DNA of 64,000 nucleotides from Octopus vulgaris (Eukaryota), in NCBI GenBank assembly GCA_951406725.2, contig OX597818.1, positions 99,944,001 to 100,008,000 of the forward strand. The letters run 5' to 3'. The position numbers and the translations under genes are program-made. Under the pieces are notes generated by a model. It was not told where the DNA came from, made no database searches, and saw nothing but the letters and a program-made list of their open reading frames with translations. Positions 27,621 to 41,740 of the stretch are shown here, in pieces (position 1 is the stretch's first letter; each line of letters opens with the position of its first letter).

Positions 27621-27949
27621 CCTCTTTAGCAAGTATTTTTATTTTCGCGAGTGTTCTTGCTCCGCTAACACCATTCTGTTCTTTTAAGGTGTGTATCCTT
27701 ACGTGCGCATGCCTTTGTATCCTCGATTTTGTGTGTGTGTGTCTGTAGTGTGTATGTGTGTATATATATATATATATTTTAAAGTCTATGAGAATTACTT
27801 AATACTGTTTTTGAGGCTTTCAGGTTATTAAAAAAAATTAATGTGAAATGAAAACTATTATGAGGATGTTACTAACTTTTTATGGGAAGAAGTTTTTTCT
27901 AGTGTATGAGCACTTTCATTTAACCTTTTCGAACACACGTGCTGTACAC

Positions 27950-28110
27950 AGGCTCACGCGCGGCTCTGTGGTAAGAAGCTTACTCCCCATCCACAAGGTT
28001 TCAGGTTTAGTTCCACTGCGTGGCCCCTTGAGCAAATGTTTTCTGCAACCTCGGGTTGACCAAAGCCTTTTGAGTAGATTTGGTAGACAGAAACTAAAAG
28101 TGAGCCCGTT
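27950..28110 (+). mobile_element. SINE family B, 5' half
   Basis: ggctctgtggtaagaagcttactccccatccacaaggtttcaggtttagttccactgcgtggccccttgagcaaatg..tttggtagacagaaactaaaag. Confidence 0.85.
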
Positions 28111-28131
28111 GTACATACATACATAGATACA

Positions 28132-28206
<75 letters not shown>

Positions 28207-28399
28207 AATTGATGTATGTATATACATGAATGCATGTGTTTATGTATACACGCTTAGAAATATAAAGATGTTTCTAGATTCCATCATTACGCATTATACC
28301 ACTGTGTTTAACATTATGATTTATTATTGCCTCAGCTATATATATTGCTGATACCACTCATCCTCCTCCTCGTCTTACTACTACTACTACTACTACTAG

Positions 28400-28432
<33 letters not shown>

Positions 28433-29147
28433 CACCACCACCACTACCTTAGAAATGTTCAGAGATTAACTCCTAATTTGGCAAGACAAGTTCTGTTCGA
28501 TCGCCAGTCCCTTGCAGGTGTGTGATAACTTCACGCAGTTACTACTGTATAGTGTGTCCGTAGGCGAGGCCAGAGTCTGGCACACCCTCTTATAACTCAT
28601 TAAAGTGATGAAGTGTGGTCCCTCCCGACCTTTTCTAGAGCATTATCTTGTGCTTATGTTCCGTTTCAGGATTGAAGGATGTAATTAAAAATTTGGCTGC
28701 TCTTCCGCTTCTCACTCAAATTCTCTCGGCCTAACGTTTTTTTCATTTTCTTCTCTCTCTCTCACTACCTCCAAACATATATAAGGTTCCTCTTACCGAA
28801 ATTAGAAGCGAAAACTTACGAAATGAGTTTAGAGCATTTTATCTGCAGGAATTCTCAAGAGTTTATTTCTCTTCTACTATACAGCTGTTTACTAACTTAC
28901 AATAATGCATTACCACGAATGCCTGGCATGTTACATCTGTAAATTAGAGACCCCGCTTCACCTGTCACCTTATTTTACCTTTGCCCCAAAGCCTTGATAT
29001 ATATGATATATATATATATATATATAATATTAAGGAATATTATTCCAAACTTACAGGGAAAAATTTAATTTAGTGATACTGAATCAAATTTCACAAAATT
29101 TAATTATCTAATTTAATTATTTCATTGTTGAATTGATAAAAGGTGGT

Positions 29148-29241
<94 letters not shown>

Positions 29242-29245
<4 letters not shown>

Positions 29246-29555
29246 CACGAGTAGCTGTGTGGTAAGTAACTTGCTTACCAACCATATGATTCCGGGTTCA
29301 GTCCCACTGCGTGGCACTTTGGGGAGGTGTCTTCTACTATAGACTCGGGTCCACCAAAATTGTGAATGGATGTGGTATACGGAAACTGAAAGAAGCCTGT
29401 CGTAAATACATACGTGTGTGTGTGTGAGTTTTCCCCCAACATCTATTGACGACCGATGTTGGTGTGTTTATGTCTCCGTAACTTGCGGATCGGCAAAAGA
29501 GACCGATAGAATAAGTTGCAGACTTACAAAGAATATGTCCTGGCGTTGATTTGTA
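29242..29555 (+). mobile_element. SINE family B
   Basis: ggcgcacgagtagctgtgtggtaagtaacttgcttaccaaccatatgattccgggttcagtcccactgcgtggcac..cggcaaaagagaccgatagaataag. Confidence 0.9.
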
Positions 29556-29557
29556 GG

Positions 29558-29592
<35 letters not shown>

Positions 29593-30670
29593 ACGCATAC
29601 ATACGAGTAAGTGTGTGCGTATGCACCCCGACATGCAAATGCACACACATATTTAAACCTTCCTTGATTTATTGAGGAGAATAGCTGTTTCATAGCATCA
29701 GAGCTATAAACACTCTTTGTCGAATCATTATTGATCGAGTCAGTATGCAGAAACTGATATACTGCAATATTTGCATTTCAGAACAGTAAGATTTGCATTG
29801 AATCGAAGAGAGCTTCCCTAGTTTAAAGGCTGTGTCTTTAAGTCGTTTACTTGCTTTGCTGAAACCACAAGAAACAGGTTTCAAGCGATTGTTCAAATGA
29901 ACGAAGTAACACGTACGCTTTCGGCAAGGATATAACGCTTGATTTCATTTTCGTTGTGTGATAATGCTAACATCATTTAATCTTAGAAGAAAACTAAATG
30001 CGCGTGTATATGATCAGAGGCCGTGGCAATCCTTATTTTATTTACAACTATATTATTTAGTGGTATCTTTCCTGTTAATTATAAGGGTTCGACGTGAAGG
30101 AGAATCAACTGTTGTATTTGGTGGGTCGAACAACTAAGCTACCTTGAACCATAAACAATATCTCGAAGCACCTGAAATCTGTTTTATAAGTCACAAGACT
30201 GAAGCGTAGACGCTACCACTGAAGATTTACCCTATGTTTTAAAATATAGGATTTTATTTAAACGTCTAAAGAAAAAGAAACATCATTCCAGACTTAAGGG
30301 TGTGAAACAATGATATTAATATTGTGGTATATTTATCCCAACAAGTGTGAATTGTTTTCGCTTTCTTTGCTTCATGTGGAATAGCGTAATATTCGTTTTG
30401 TTTTCGAACCAGTGCGTGCGTTTATAATACTAGGGTAATGATTATCCCTAGACACCACAAAGTAATAGTCATTGTTTTACGAAACAAAAACAGTAATCTT
30501 CATAACTTAGACATCTAATTAAGGAAAATGATTTTATTGAATATATTGTTTCTAAATGTATAAGTGTGTCCCAATCAAACTTTGTCATGTTAAGTATATT
30601 TCACATATATTTTTTGACATATCAATTAAAAATAACGAGCCAGAAATATAACGACTATTTCACAGAGAAA

Positions 30671-30923
30671 ATCAATTCTGAACAAATAAAACACACCAGC
30701 GTGTTTTGTCTTTACGTTTCTACGCGTCAAAGCAATTTGTATAATCTTCTGCTTGAAAAATGTGAAAAGGGTGAAGATGAAACTATACTTTCTAAGAGTA
30801 TGGATGAGAAATTTGCAATAGAAACGAGATGAAATCAATTTCATATTCCTAAACGAGTTATCCATTACCAGGTGTGTCCTTTTAATTTTATCTCACAGTA
30901 TATATGTATGTATATACACGCAA

Positions 30924-31015
<92 letters not shown>

Positions 31016-31506
31016 GTGTATGCGTGTGTGTGTATGTGTGTTTGTGTGAGCGCGTGTGTATGTAAGTCATACACTTACTCATATAAACATATAGAGATAC
31101 ATCGTATACCACACAAGAAATATTCTTGATTTACTAAACTTTATCTCCGACCTTAGAGAGTGCGCCCAAATATTTTACGGAGACTGGAAGCGGTGTTCCA
31201 TGAGATAATCGCAAGAATATAACACTCCCCAAAGTGGACATGCTATTGAGGAATGAAAGAGGCTTAGTGTCAGGATATAATAGGCAAAATAAAGTTGGGG
31301 TGTTGGAGTATATACCACGAGCTATTTATAAAACACGTACACTCACACAAATAAACTGGAACTGGAATATAACGCATTGCTCAGTCCAGGTATCGAAACT
31401 ACCATCTCACTTAAACACTAAACCACCCTCATTCACACGAATATCAATTCTGAACGAATAAAACACACCTACATGTTTTCTCTCAACGTTTCTACGCGTC
31501 AAAGCA
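30671..31506 (+). repeat. 64 bp direct repeat pair (30671-30734 and 31443-31506)
   Basis: atcaattctgaac(a/g)aataaaacacacc..tgtttt..acgtttctacgcgtcaaagca occurs twice, about 770 bp apart. Confidence 0.8.
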
Positions 31507-31591
31507 CAGTCATACACAGACACAGAGAAACACACACATACTATACAATACATGGATACGTATATATATCTTTGTATTTATCTATCAACCG

Positions 31592-31624
<33 letters not shown>

Positions 31625-31940
31625 CAAAAAGGTATAATTAGATTTATGTGTTTAAATGTTGAGTAGAGCACCGGCGCAGTTTAGACTACTTGTTGCCTGC
31701 CGGCACAAAAAAATCTCCAGTGCGACTTCTTGTATATATATATATATATATATATATATAACAGTTTAGTTTGGTTTATATCACCTATATCAATGTTATT
31801 CCAATGTGTAGATAAAAATAATCATGCAATTCTATTAATATATAATTATAAATAAAAAATGGAAAACAAAACAATCAATTGAAGATTTATAAGTTTAATT
31901 CTGTTTAAATATTTTGTGGAAACAAATGACACATCTCATT

Positions 31941-32029
31941 AATTACAGCTGTTTCCGCTTCATTTATAAAGCGAAGTTTTTCAAGAATAATCAAATCCGT
32001 TTAAATATGTAATGATGCTTCATCAGATC
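31941..32029 (-). ncRNA. type I hammerhead ribozyme with long loop II
   Basis: The - strand reads GAU CUGAUGA A GCAUCAUU [loop] AAUGAAGC G GAAAC AGCU GUA AUU. The core is intact, stem II pairs 7 of 8, stem III is the palindrome ACAGCUGU, and stem I is short. Confidence 0.65.
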
Positions 32030-32830
32030 GACATATCTCCTTCCATATTTTACGAAAAATGACAATTGAAAATAATTATAACTGCTATGGCTTTTCGAAA
32101 ACGATTTTTAAGAACAAGCTTAATCATAAATAAGTAAATATTCTAACTGAAATTATGTGTATGAAATATTTAAATTGAATTGTATTTATAATTGTTCAAT
32201 TTATTATTTTGTTTTCCAATTCTTAGATATATATAAGTTGAATAAAGTTGAAACATGGTCTGGTTTTTGTATTTAACAAATATTTTTGCAATGTTGAAGT
32301 GTGTTAAACATAAAAAAAATATTTTATAATGCACATGAAGTTCAATTAGCGCTTTCATACCTTCGTAGTAATTATCAGATTTCAAAATGTATTTAACTGA
32401 CATTTGAGTTCTTCACAACTATAGTAAAATGACGGACGTCTTCCCTTTTTTAACACTAATTGGTTGAAATAAAGGCGGGATATATGACAGTAATATCGGT
32501 ACGCCCGGGAAAACATGATGTTTAAGCTGCATGTGGATTAGTCAAGACCGCATTCCAGCTTGCTGGAGTCTTCTAAGAGGCATAAAAAGGAAAAAAAATC
32601 AGTCATTTTACTATGGTTGTCAAGAACTCAACTGTAAGGTAAATACAGTTTGAAATTTGATGATGACTACGAAGTATAAACGAACTAATTGAATTTATGA
32701 ACATTAGAAATTATTTTTTTTAATGTTTAACACTCTTCAACATCGTAAATTTTTTTCTAAATACAATAATAAAAATGGGCAAATCAGACTGTTTTAACTT
32801 TATTCTATAGAGATTTATTTACACAAGCTC

Positions 32831-32884
<54 letters not shown>

Positions 32885-33352
32885 TGTCTGTGTGTGTAGA
32901 TGAGTGTGCTGTGTGCGTAGTTTGCGTGAATGTGTCTGAAGTTAAATCAGCTTCATGATATTTAAGCCATACAGATTTTCAGCAATTCTCTGTTGAATTC
33001 TAAATTAAAAGTGGCAGATATGCTAGTTGCTATGACAACATGTTAGATTTTGTGTCTTGTAGAACAGAAAGCAACTTCAACTAGCACACTCGGACTATGT
33101 ACATTGTTTCCTTGTCATAGCAGTTGGTATAATGTAAGCCTTAAAAATGCAACAAGTCTTGAAATGAGATTATAAATTTTGCATGATTGAAAGCGAAGCA
33201 CATAATACTGGATGATTAATATCCAAGAAATTAGTCTTTGTATTCTTAACTTAGTTATCTCTTACCAGGTGTTCTGTAATTCTAAGACAATCACACATTA
33301 CATACAAATGTACTTTGATTACGGTGGATTGTACATATGGTATATAATATCA

Positions 33353-33485
<133 letters not shown>

Positions 33486-33663
33486 GTATATATATATGGA
33501 TGTGTGTATATTTCCCTTGTTAACAATTAACACGGAAAAAATAGATAACTAGTTACCAGGGTAGCAAAATATCACACAAGTAAAGAGGTTGTAACTCCTT
33601 GTTTTCAAATGTGGAAACTTCGGGTTTACGTGAAATTTTTTGTATAATATATAAATAAATAAA

Positions 33664-33801
33664 TAAATGGAGTTTCACGCAGGTGTATTTCAAATACTTT
33701 TACTTCCGATACATTCCGATACATTATGATCACTGATATACTATCACTGATATTTTCGAGACATATGTCGGAAGTAAAAGTATTTGAATTATATAAACCC
33801 C

Positions 33802-33806
<5 letters not shown>
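33664..33806. repeat. fold-back of a Penelope pLTR terminus
   Basis: Perfect 21 bp IR ttcaaatacttttacttccga (33689-33709) / tcggaagtaaaagtatttgaa (33768-33788). The left end matches 26803-26849. Confidence 0.75.
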
Positions 33807-33846
<40 letters not shown>

Positions 33847-33849
<3 letters not shown>

Positions 33850-34502
33850 TAATGGAAGTAAAAAATTATCGTATTTTCACCATAACATATCTTTCTTATT
33901 GTCACACTGCCTTCAGCACATGCGTGCTTATATTTGGTACTATTGTGGACACTTTGTCTCTGTTGCAGCCTGATCGCAGAATTTCTTTTTCAGATTTTAC
34001 AGTGTAAGCATGGCCACACCACTAACACTGTGCACCAAACAAGAACAACAAGCAGTGATCCTAGAGATGGTAATGGTGAACCGGTTCATCATTATCATCT
34101 CTCGTGCTTGCTGAATCTTGTCACTAGTGGGAGTTTGACGGGCGTCCTGCTGTCACGCGTCTCCGGCCACTTTTAAACTTCTTGATCCACTCATACACGC
34201 ATATACGCGGTAGTGCCTTGTCTCCGTATTGTGCTTAAAGCCACCGATGAATTTCAGCACCTGACACACCTTGTGACCTGAGAAATCGGAGCACTGCTCT
34301 TTGTTCTTCTGTGGTGTACATTGCTAGTGGAGCGGCCAAGCTTACACTGTAAAGCCAGAAAGAAAAATGGAGCGATCTGGCTGAAACTTCGATCACGTAA
34401 TCGCAATAGTGCTATTTATAAGCACGCATGCGCAGAAGGCAGCGTGACGATAACAAAGATATGTTATGGTGAAAGAGCGGATAACTTTTGACTTCGTATG
34501 TA
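33847..34502. mobile_element. non-autonomous mariner (Tc1/mariner) derivative with long inverted arms
   Basis: TA-bounded ends aagtaaaaaattatc..ttcaccataacatatctt / aagatatgttatggtgaaagagcggataacttttgactt. The arms run about 210 bp and include the transposase start. Confidence 0.85.
34130..34339 (-). pseudogene. mariner transposase N-terminal HTH remnant
   Basis: Translates AAPLAMYTTEEQRAVLRFLRSQGVSGAEIHRWL*AQYGDKALPRICVYEWIKKFKSGRRRVTAGRPS, matching the mariner pattern EQR.V.RFL..EIH..YG..VYEW..FK.GR..GRP. It contains a stop codon. Confidence 0.85.
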
Positions 34503-34962
34503 AACGCAAAAGCTCCACGTTAAGTTGGAAACCAAGATTAGTTTTTGATATATACATGTAAATGTGGGTGTGTCCGTGCGTGTGTGCGTGTGCACGCGTG
34601 TGGTTGTGTGTGTGTGTGTGTGTGCAAGATTTGTGTAATACATGCATTCCTTCGCATACAATGATGCTAAAGTTTCATTACGAGTAGTAAGGGAGTTGTG
34701 TCCTCTTTTAATGTTGGATGTCGACGTGTGTCTCTGGTCTATATGCCCTGCTAACACGCTAGATTCTCGGATACATAGGAAAGAGGACAAGGTTATTTGT
34801 CACGTGGCCAGTCTAAACCTAAAATCCAGGGGTTGGAATATAATTCTAAATATTTGGCCAGGGACGGAGAACAATTACAATGTCGAAATCTTTATCGCAA
34901 AAACTCTGCTACTAATTGCTTGCATTTTGTTAAACAGTGCATGCAGCGTGTATAAGCACATA

Positions 34963-35442
34963 TGCACAGGCTGTGTAGTAAGACGTTTGCCTCACAACCA
35001 CATGGTTCCAGGTTCAGTCCCACTGTGTGGCATCTTGAGCAAAAGTTTTCTACTAAAGTCACGGGCTAAGCAAAGCCTTGTGAGTAGATTTGATAGAAGG
35101 AAGCTGAAAAGTAGCCCGTCGTGTATGTATATATATATATATATCACCGTGATCAACCAGGCTATCAGATGTTGCTACACATCGCTGGTCACAATGCGCT
35201 TCGCATTGTTTTATGATGCCACCCCGCTGGCTAAGCGAGCAGACCAATAGGAGAAAGAGTGAGAGAAAGTTGTGGCGAAAGAGTACAGCAGGGATCGCCA
35301 CCACCCCCTGCTGGAGCCTCATGGAAGTTTAGGTGTTTTCGTTCAATAAACACTCACAACGCCCGGTCTGGGAATCGAAACCGCGATCCTACGACCACGA
35401 GTCCGCTGCCCTAACCACAGGACCATTGTTCCTCCACGTATA

Positions 35443-35528
<86 letters not shown>

Positions 35529-35735
35529 AGTCTCTCTTTGTCTGTGTTTGACAACCAGTGCTGGTATGTTTACGTCTCCGTAACTTAGTGGTACGGCAAA
35601 ATATATCGATAAATGAAGTACCAGGTTTAAAAGGAAACAAGTACTGGAATCGATACCTTCGACTAAAAATCTTTCGAGGCCGTGCCCCAGCATGGCCGCA
35701 ATAAAAAACCTGCAACAAAGTAAACGAATGAAAGA
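34963..35735 (+). mobile_element. SINE family B split by a nested family A SINE
   Basis: 5' half 34963-35121, TA tract, inserted SINE A, TA/TG tract, then 3' half 35520-35735 (ttgacaaccagtgctggtatgtttacgtctccgtaacttag..ccagcatggccgca). Confidence 0.85.
35144..35436 (-). mobile_element. SINE family A (nested)
   Basis: gtgagagaaagttgtggcgaaagagtacagcaggg..caataaacactcacaacgcccggtctgggaatcgaaaccgcgatcctacgaccacgagtccgctgccctaaccac. Confidence 0.9.
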
Positions 35736-36682
35736 ATATATTTTTCCAATACCTTCTAGTTGTTTCTTACATTATCAGTAGATATTCCTGTTATTAGGTC
35801 CCGTTAATCCTTCATGTGCTGTGTTCAGTGTTTTGATTAATTTCGTCAGGAAGATTCCTTCGATAACCGTGATCCTCATGAATATTCTACGTCCCTTGCT
35901 GTTGTACCGTATTTGTATCTAGTGTTTCTTTAGCGAATTTATGATTGAATTTCGAAAGATTAAATTCGAAATGTTTATTTCTTCAAACAATCGCAACCGC
36001 TTATAACAACAGATTCTTTGCAATTCAGCAATAAGTTCTTGCTTTAAGTTTTAACACTTTTACATTACGATGAATACAGATACGACATGAAAAAATTACA
36101 TGGGGCGGCGGAATCTGAATGGAAACGCAATCCACATAACTTGGATGGTATCAAAGCAATTACGGATATGTTTGTTATCTTTGAAGAATAAGTGATTGCA
36201 TTTAGATTGTTGGTGCAATGCAGTAAGCTCGGTTGTTATGTGCGCTGCATATGATAGCTCTACCTCAAAAGAGATACAAACAAACGCAGAAAAAAGAGCA
36301 GCTGAGAGGAGCTGTGATAGAAAGCAGAGGTATAAACATCTCCAAAACTACTGTTTTGAAAGGTACTAGGATGGCAGAAATACCCCCTTGTTCTAAATTA
36401 TGGGTTTTGGCCATCAAGAAACCTAAGATTCTGCTCTCAGCTGGATCATCTATTGCAGTAAGAGGTGGAATGGTTGACTTAAACATAAAAGAATAGACGT
36501 AAAATATCAAGGCATTAATCCTTGGCCAAAGACCAGCAAATCCCGCTCCACCGAACAGTTTATTGTATAACTAACAAGAAACTAATGGACGATGGAAGCA
36601 TCATGAATAAGGATAGAAAATGCGCTGTTTTCATTAACAATGATATGGAAAATTATTATGGGACCAGTACATGTACACAAAC

Positions 36683-36738
<56 letters not shown>

Positions 36739-36772
36739 ATTGATATATATATATATATATATATAATATAAT

Positions 36773-36879
<107 letters not shown>

Positions 36880-36902
36880 TAATTGAATAATTTATATAGA
36901 TA

Positions 36903-36939
<37 letters not shown>

Positions 36940-37507
36940 TATATATATATATATATATATTAATTTTCTAGAATTTAGTAGTGCTTATTTGACAAGTGTT
37001 AATATATTATATAAAATGTTCGCCCCAATGCTCGTTTTGAGATAACATTTTTATACAACCACATTTTTTGTAAACAGCCCTTGTAACAAGTTATCATATG
37101 AGCGAATCGTCCTTAAAGGAAACTAACGTCGAATTATTAATATTGCTATAGAGAAATCTTTCTCATCATCACATTCATCATTATCATCATCATCATCATT
37201 ACCACGACTGCGACCAATGCAAGCATCATCACCACCATCACTGTCAGTAAACGAAGAAACATATTCGGAGAGTGAGAGAGAGAGAGAGAATAGAGAGAGA
37301 GACGAAACTAAGATACACATGCATAATCATAAACATACAAATATAAACCTGTACATACATCTATACATATATACATATATTTATATAATGGTACATATAC
37401 ATATAAAATGATATATACATATAAAATTGTACACACACACACACATATATATATGTTTATACATGCAGACATACATACAAACATACATACATACATACAT
37501 ACATACA

Positions 37508-37541
<34 letters not shown>

Positions 37542-38559
37542 CATACACATACACACACTGTCTTCTCCATCTTCATGTTCATTCTATTGATTGCAGGATA
37601 CCTATCAGCATTAATCAGCAATTGTCTCCATCATTATTTGCGTTAAGCATGGCGAACTATATATTTAGAGGCGCTATCCAACAATATATTTAACGTGTCA
37701 GGACAATTTTAAACTCGGTTTTCATAATATGGAGACAAGCGGGCTCAAATGTCTCCTTTTCAGCCACTTCGTGAGACATAAATTGGATCAAGTTACAGGC
37801 AAAGATAATTTTTAGCGTTATTTGTATAATAAATACTTTTCTAAAATTGTTACAAATGCCACAATAACAATAATTAATAATTCATCAGAACAAATAAACT
37901 AGTTTCCAGCTAATCTGATGACAAAATATATAAAGAGCCTGCGTTGTTTCTCAACGCTAAGCGATGGGAAACAAAAAGCATAAACGGATATATTTCGATG
38001 AAGCGAGCATATATTACATTTACGCTCTAAACTACGGCAATGTTTTCGAATAGATTTTGAAGACAAACGAAACTAGGAATACAAAACAATATTTTGTAAT
38101 ATAGGTTAGATAACACAGTTTAATATAGAAATGTAGCGTATGTAGAATAGAATATATGACAAAAACAATCAAGATTAACCTACTCTGTACAAAAGAAGTA
38201 CTTCGTAGTAAAACTTCAAAATGAAATTCTAGAAAACTTGCAAAAGAAAGCAACGCAAAAAATATAAAATGGAATAACGAAATACTTAAGATCTGAAAAT
38301 ACTATATACGACAGTTGCAAACAAAACAGTGATATAAAGGTGTAAATAGTTACATAACGAAAATCAAGAAGGTAAAAGATTTTATGGACTTATAAATACA
38401 ATTCTGAAGCGTTATGATGAAACAACAGAACTAAAACTTTATGAAAACAGAATCGATTAAGAATACCAGTAGAATAAACACAATAACATTTCCTACAGTA
38501 CAAGTAGTTATAAAGACAAGTACAAGCTCCCGTAAATCTTCTTACAGAAGTACACGAAA

Positions 38560-38960
38560 TAAAGAGACAAAAATATTCTTGAAACAATGGGTTCTCGTTA
38601 AGTCGTTGAGAATCGGTCGTTATAAAATGCTTCAACTCTGTAACGAAAACAGACTCTAAGACTCCGTATCAAAGCGATTTTATAAATAACTGGGTGAATA
38701 TATGACATAAATCAATGAAACACCTCCAGCGAAAGAAGTAGAATAATTCAGCGGTGGAGTATCGGCAACTATAGGACTTCTGAAAATAGCAAACTGTTAT
38801 AAATTATCCTCTGTTGTAATACAAAAGCCTTCAGTAAAGAAAATGGAAAACTATTAAACATAACTGTAAGACATGATCAAAATAAAGAAAAATACACGTG
38901 AAATGGATCCTGTCAACGAGGAAGCCACTCAATGGAAAGCAAAGGCTGAAGTAACTGACA
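38560..38960 (+). pseudogene. degenerate non-LTR retrotransposon fragment (R4/Dong-like pre-RT region)
   Basis: The pieces RIGRYK..NRL and KRFYK*LGE..INETPPAKEVE*F resemble the R4-clade RIRRY..N..F..FY..L..P..EVE.FW segment. Many stops; recognised from memory only. Confidence 0.4.
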
Positions 38961-41705
38961 GTCGTGATAAGAAAGGCGAACCAACAACAAAAAATGTGGA
39001 AAAAAAATTCTAATCTAAAACAAGAGAGACTGCTGCTATACTTATACTGTAGCAAGTATCTACTTAGACAATACCTGTAGGAAAAATAAGTGGGAACTAA
39101 ACGTCAACAACAAATAAATAACCAAATTTGAGTACCATCTTTTGCTACAAATAGCAATCGATTGCACCCAATCCTCTTAAAAGAGAACATGCATATCCGT
39201 TTGTGTAGTTGTATGTACACAATATGTGTAAATGGATGAAATCACTTTGATCTTAAGTCTGCACCTTCAAGACTGTCCTGGGGATAAGCGACTAATAAAG
39301 TAACTCAGAATTATTGAAGTTGTCACGTTCTAATCTGCAGCCAACATCAATATTGGAAATCAGGTTTTTATTCCCTTACAACTGTCGCCTATGATACAAT
39401 CAGCACAAATTAAACTACTCACATGGTGGGGTTACAAATGTATAAGAAATGGGAATTATCGATTAAATACCTAAGATCTAGTGTATTGCTAAGAGATGAA
39501 ATTGATTAAAACTCATGAAGGAGACGATGAAAAGAAAAACTCTTTGACACGCTGCAGTTTCCCACAATTATTGGCCCTAATGATATATACCTATTGTAGA
39601 ATCCCTATGAAAAACTACATTTCTAAAGGCAGCTCTACGTGAGTTATTAGTTACTAACTTGAAGTAAATATATTTTGCTGTAAGAAAATTATTGTTATAA
39701 CAGTTGTGTCACCTGATTGGTCCAAGGTGGTTTATTCTAAACATTAGAAACGATTCACAAATATAATTCAACTGTCGAAGACATAATCTACTTCCCTTTA
39801 GATTATGTTTGCATTTCGCTCGTATGCCTTCCTTAGTCAATCGTATTGAATATGAGACAAAGTATTTTTTCAACTGCAGGTCTATACATATACGCTTAAA
39901 GGTTTTTGTAATATAGAAATGGATAGAAAAAAATTGTAAGTTAAGCACCCACTAGATCTCTGTGCTTACATCTATTGTTGTACAACCAGGGGATCAAGAA
40001 AAACACATATTAAATATATATATATATATATATTTGTGTGTGTGTGTGTGATCTTGTTGACGCCGTTTGCTCGCTTGTCTGCACCGAGTGGGTAGAAATG
40101 TGGCTTTGTATTTTGTAGTACGAGAGTTCTTTAATATTGTAGATATTTGTAGCGATGTCTGCTTGTTTTTAATGGTTCAGCTTGTTATGGTAGGAGCTGC
40201 ATAAGTTAGGGTTTGCTGCAGGAATAAATTCTGACTATGAAATAGTGGCTTTTATGTTTCAGTATGTTTATTTCATTGTTTAAGAGGACAATGCCTAGCC
40301 TATGATGATGATGCAACACAGGATATTTTGTGATTTCCGTAGTTTTTTGTGGTTATTGTGGAAAAAATTGAAGTGCTGCTAAGACTAGCATAGTCTATTG
40401 AATATACTAATGTTATTGATTCTTTGTGTTGGGCAGATATAGCGTTTGGGAATGATTTTAGTATCTGTTTGAGTCGTAATATTTTCTTTTATACGCATTC
40501 TATATACGGTGTTATTGTGTACATTCTATGTACGGTGTTACGTACGGTGTTATTGTGTATGTAGCCTCAATTATTTTACCGTCTGTGAATTCCGTCTATA
40601 AACGTCCCTGCAATGTAAGGGAACGGTTGATTGTGTTCGAAGCTTTTTGGTTTTACAAACGAGACGAGGCACAGGGAGTTCAAAAATAATTACTATTACT
40701 CTTATTGCTAATAGTTAGCTTTCTAGGTGTTCTATTTGCGCCAAAAAACAAATGTGTTTGCATCTATGCAAATTTATTGGTTCTTGAAAACTAAATATTT
40801 TAAAGAAGGTTCTGTTATACGCAATAAAAAACATACAGGTTATCTCCTAAAGTATTCGGCTATGTTGTAAGTAATAATTTAGAGCTCATTAACTTCCAAA
40901 CCTTTTCCATATATCCTATCCTTTGTCACAGATATATACTTCTTTCGCTTATTTTTTTTTTTTGTTTTAGTGAATATACTTTCTGTTTTGATACATTTAA
41001 ATCTGCAATTCCGGAAATTAAGATAACTTGAATAAGACAGCCAGAGCAATGAATTAATATCTTCCTTGTCAGAGGATGAGATATGAATGTACATATGAAT
41101 TATTGGCCAGACAAAGCGTTAAAAGTAATCTATTGGACAAGAAGTCGGAATTTCGTTGATATGTCGAAAGTTTCATACCACGCCATTTGAACTGTACTCT
41201 ATAATATCTAATATTCCAAAAGAATTTATTCAGATACCTGTCGTAATAGTAGGTAAAAGAAAGAGACATTGGTGAACGAAAAACACAATCAATTCGCCAG
41301 GAAATATTTTTGGGAGATTATTCGTCAATTCAATTATATTACGAAAGAGTTTTCAGAGTTTTACAGAGTGCAAAGTACGAAGGAGTACAGTCAACAAGTA
41401 GAATTTATAAGTTATATTCTTAATAAATAAGACGTCAATTTTGATAGATAAAAATGTCTAAAAATGTCCATTATGATAAAAATGGTTTTTCCAAACCAAT
41501 AAACTGCTCTCTTGTGCTCCTATCTATATTATATTTTAATTGGTCTATTTTCCGATGGTCTTCAGCATCATACACATTATATACGGCTGTCATAACACTT
41601 CACAAAGTAATTGATTCAGTTTTAGCACAGCATCTCAACTCAAGTCATTTGCCAAAAAAGAATACAACTGTGATCTACCTATCTATCTTTCTATCTGTAT
41701 GTAAG

Positions 41706-41740
<35 letters not shown>

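Noticed and set aside
36233-36510. Overlapping 87-aa and 81-aa ORFs as a possible exon
   Set aside because: The - frame stops just before the candidate donor and no motif could be recognised with confidence.
40050-40500. Possible further degenerate GIY-YIG remnant on the - strand
   Set aside because: There are only vague compositional hints and no motif could be read through reliably; tBLASTn would be needed.
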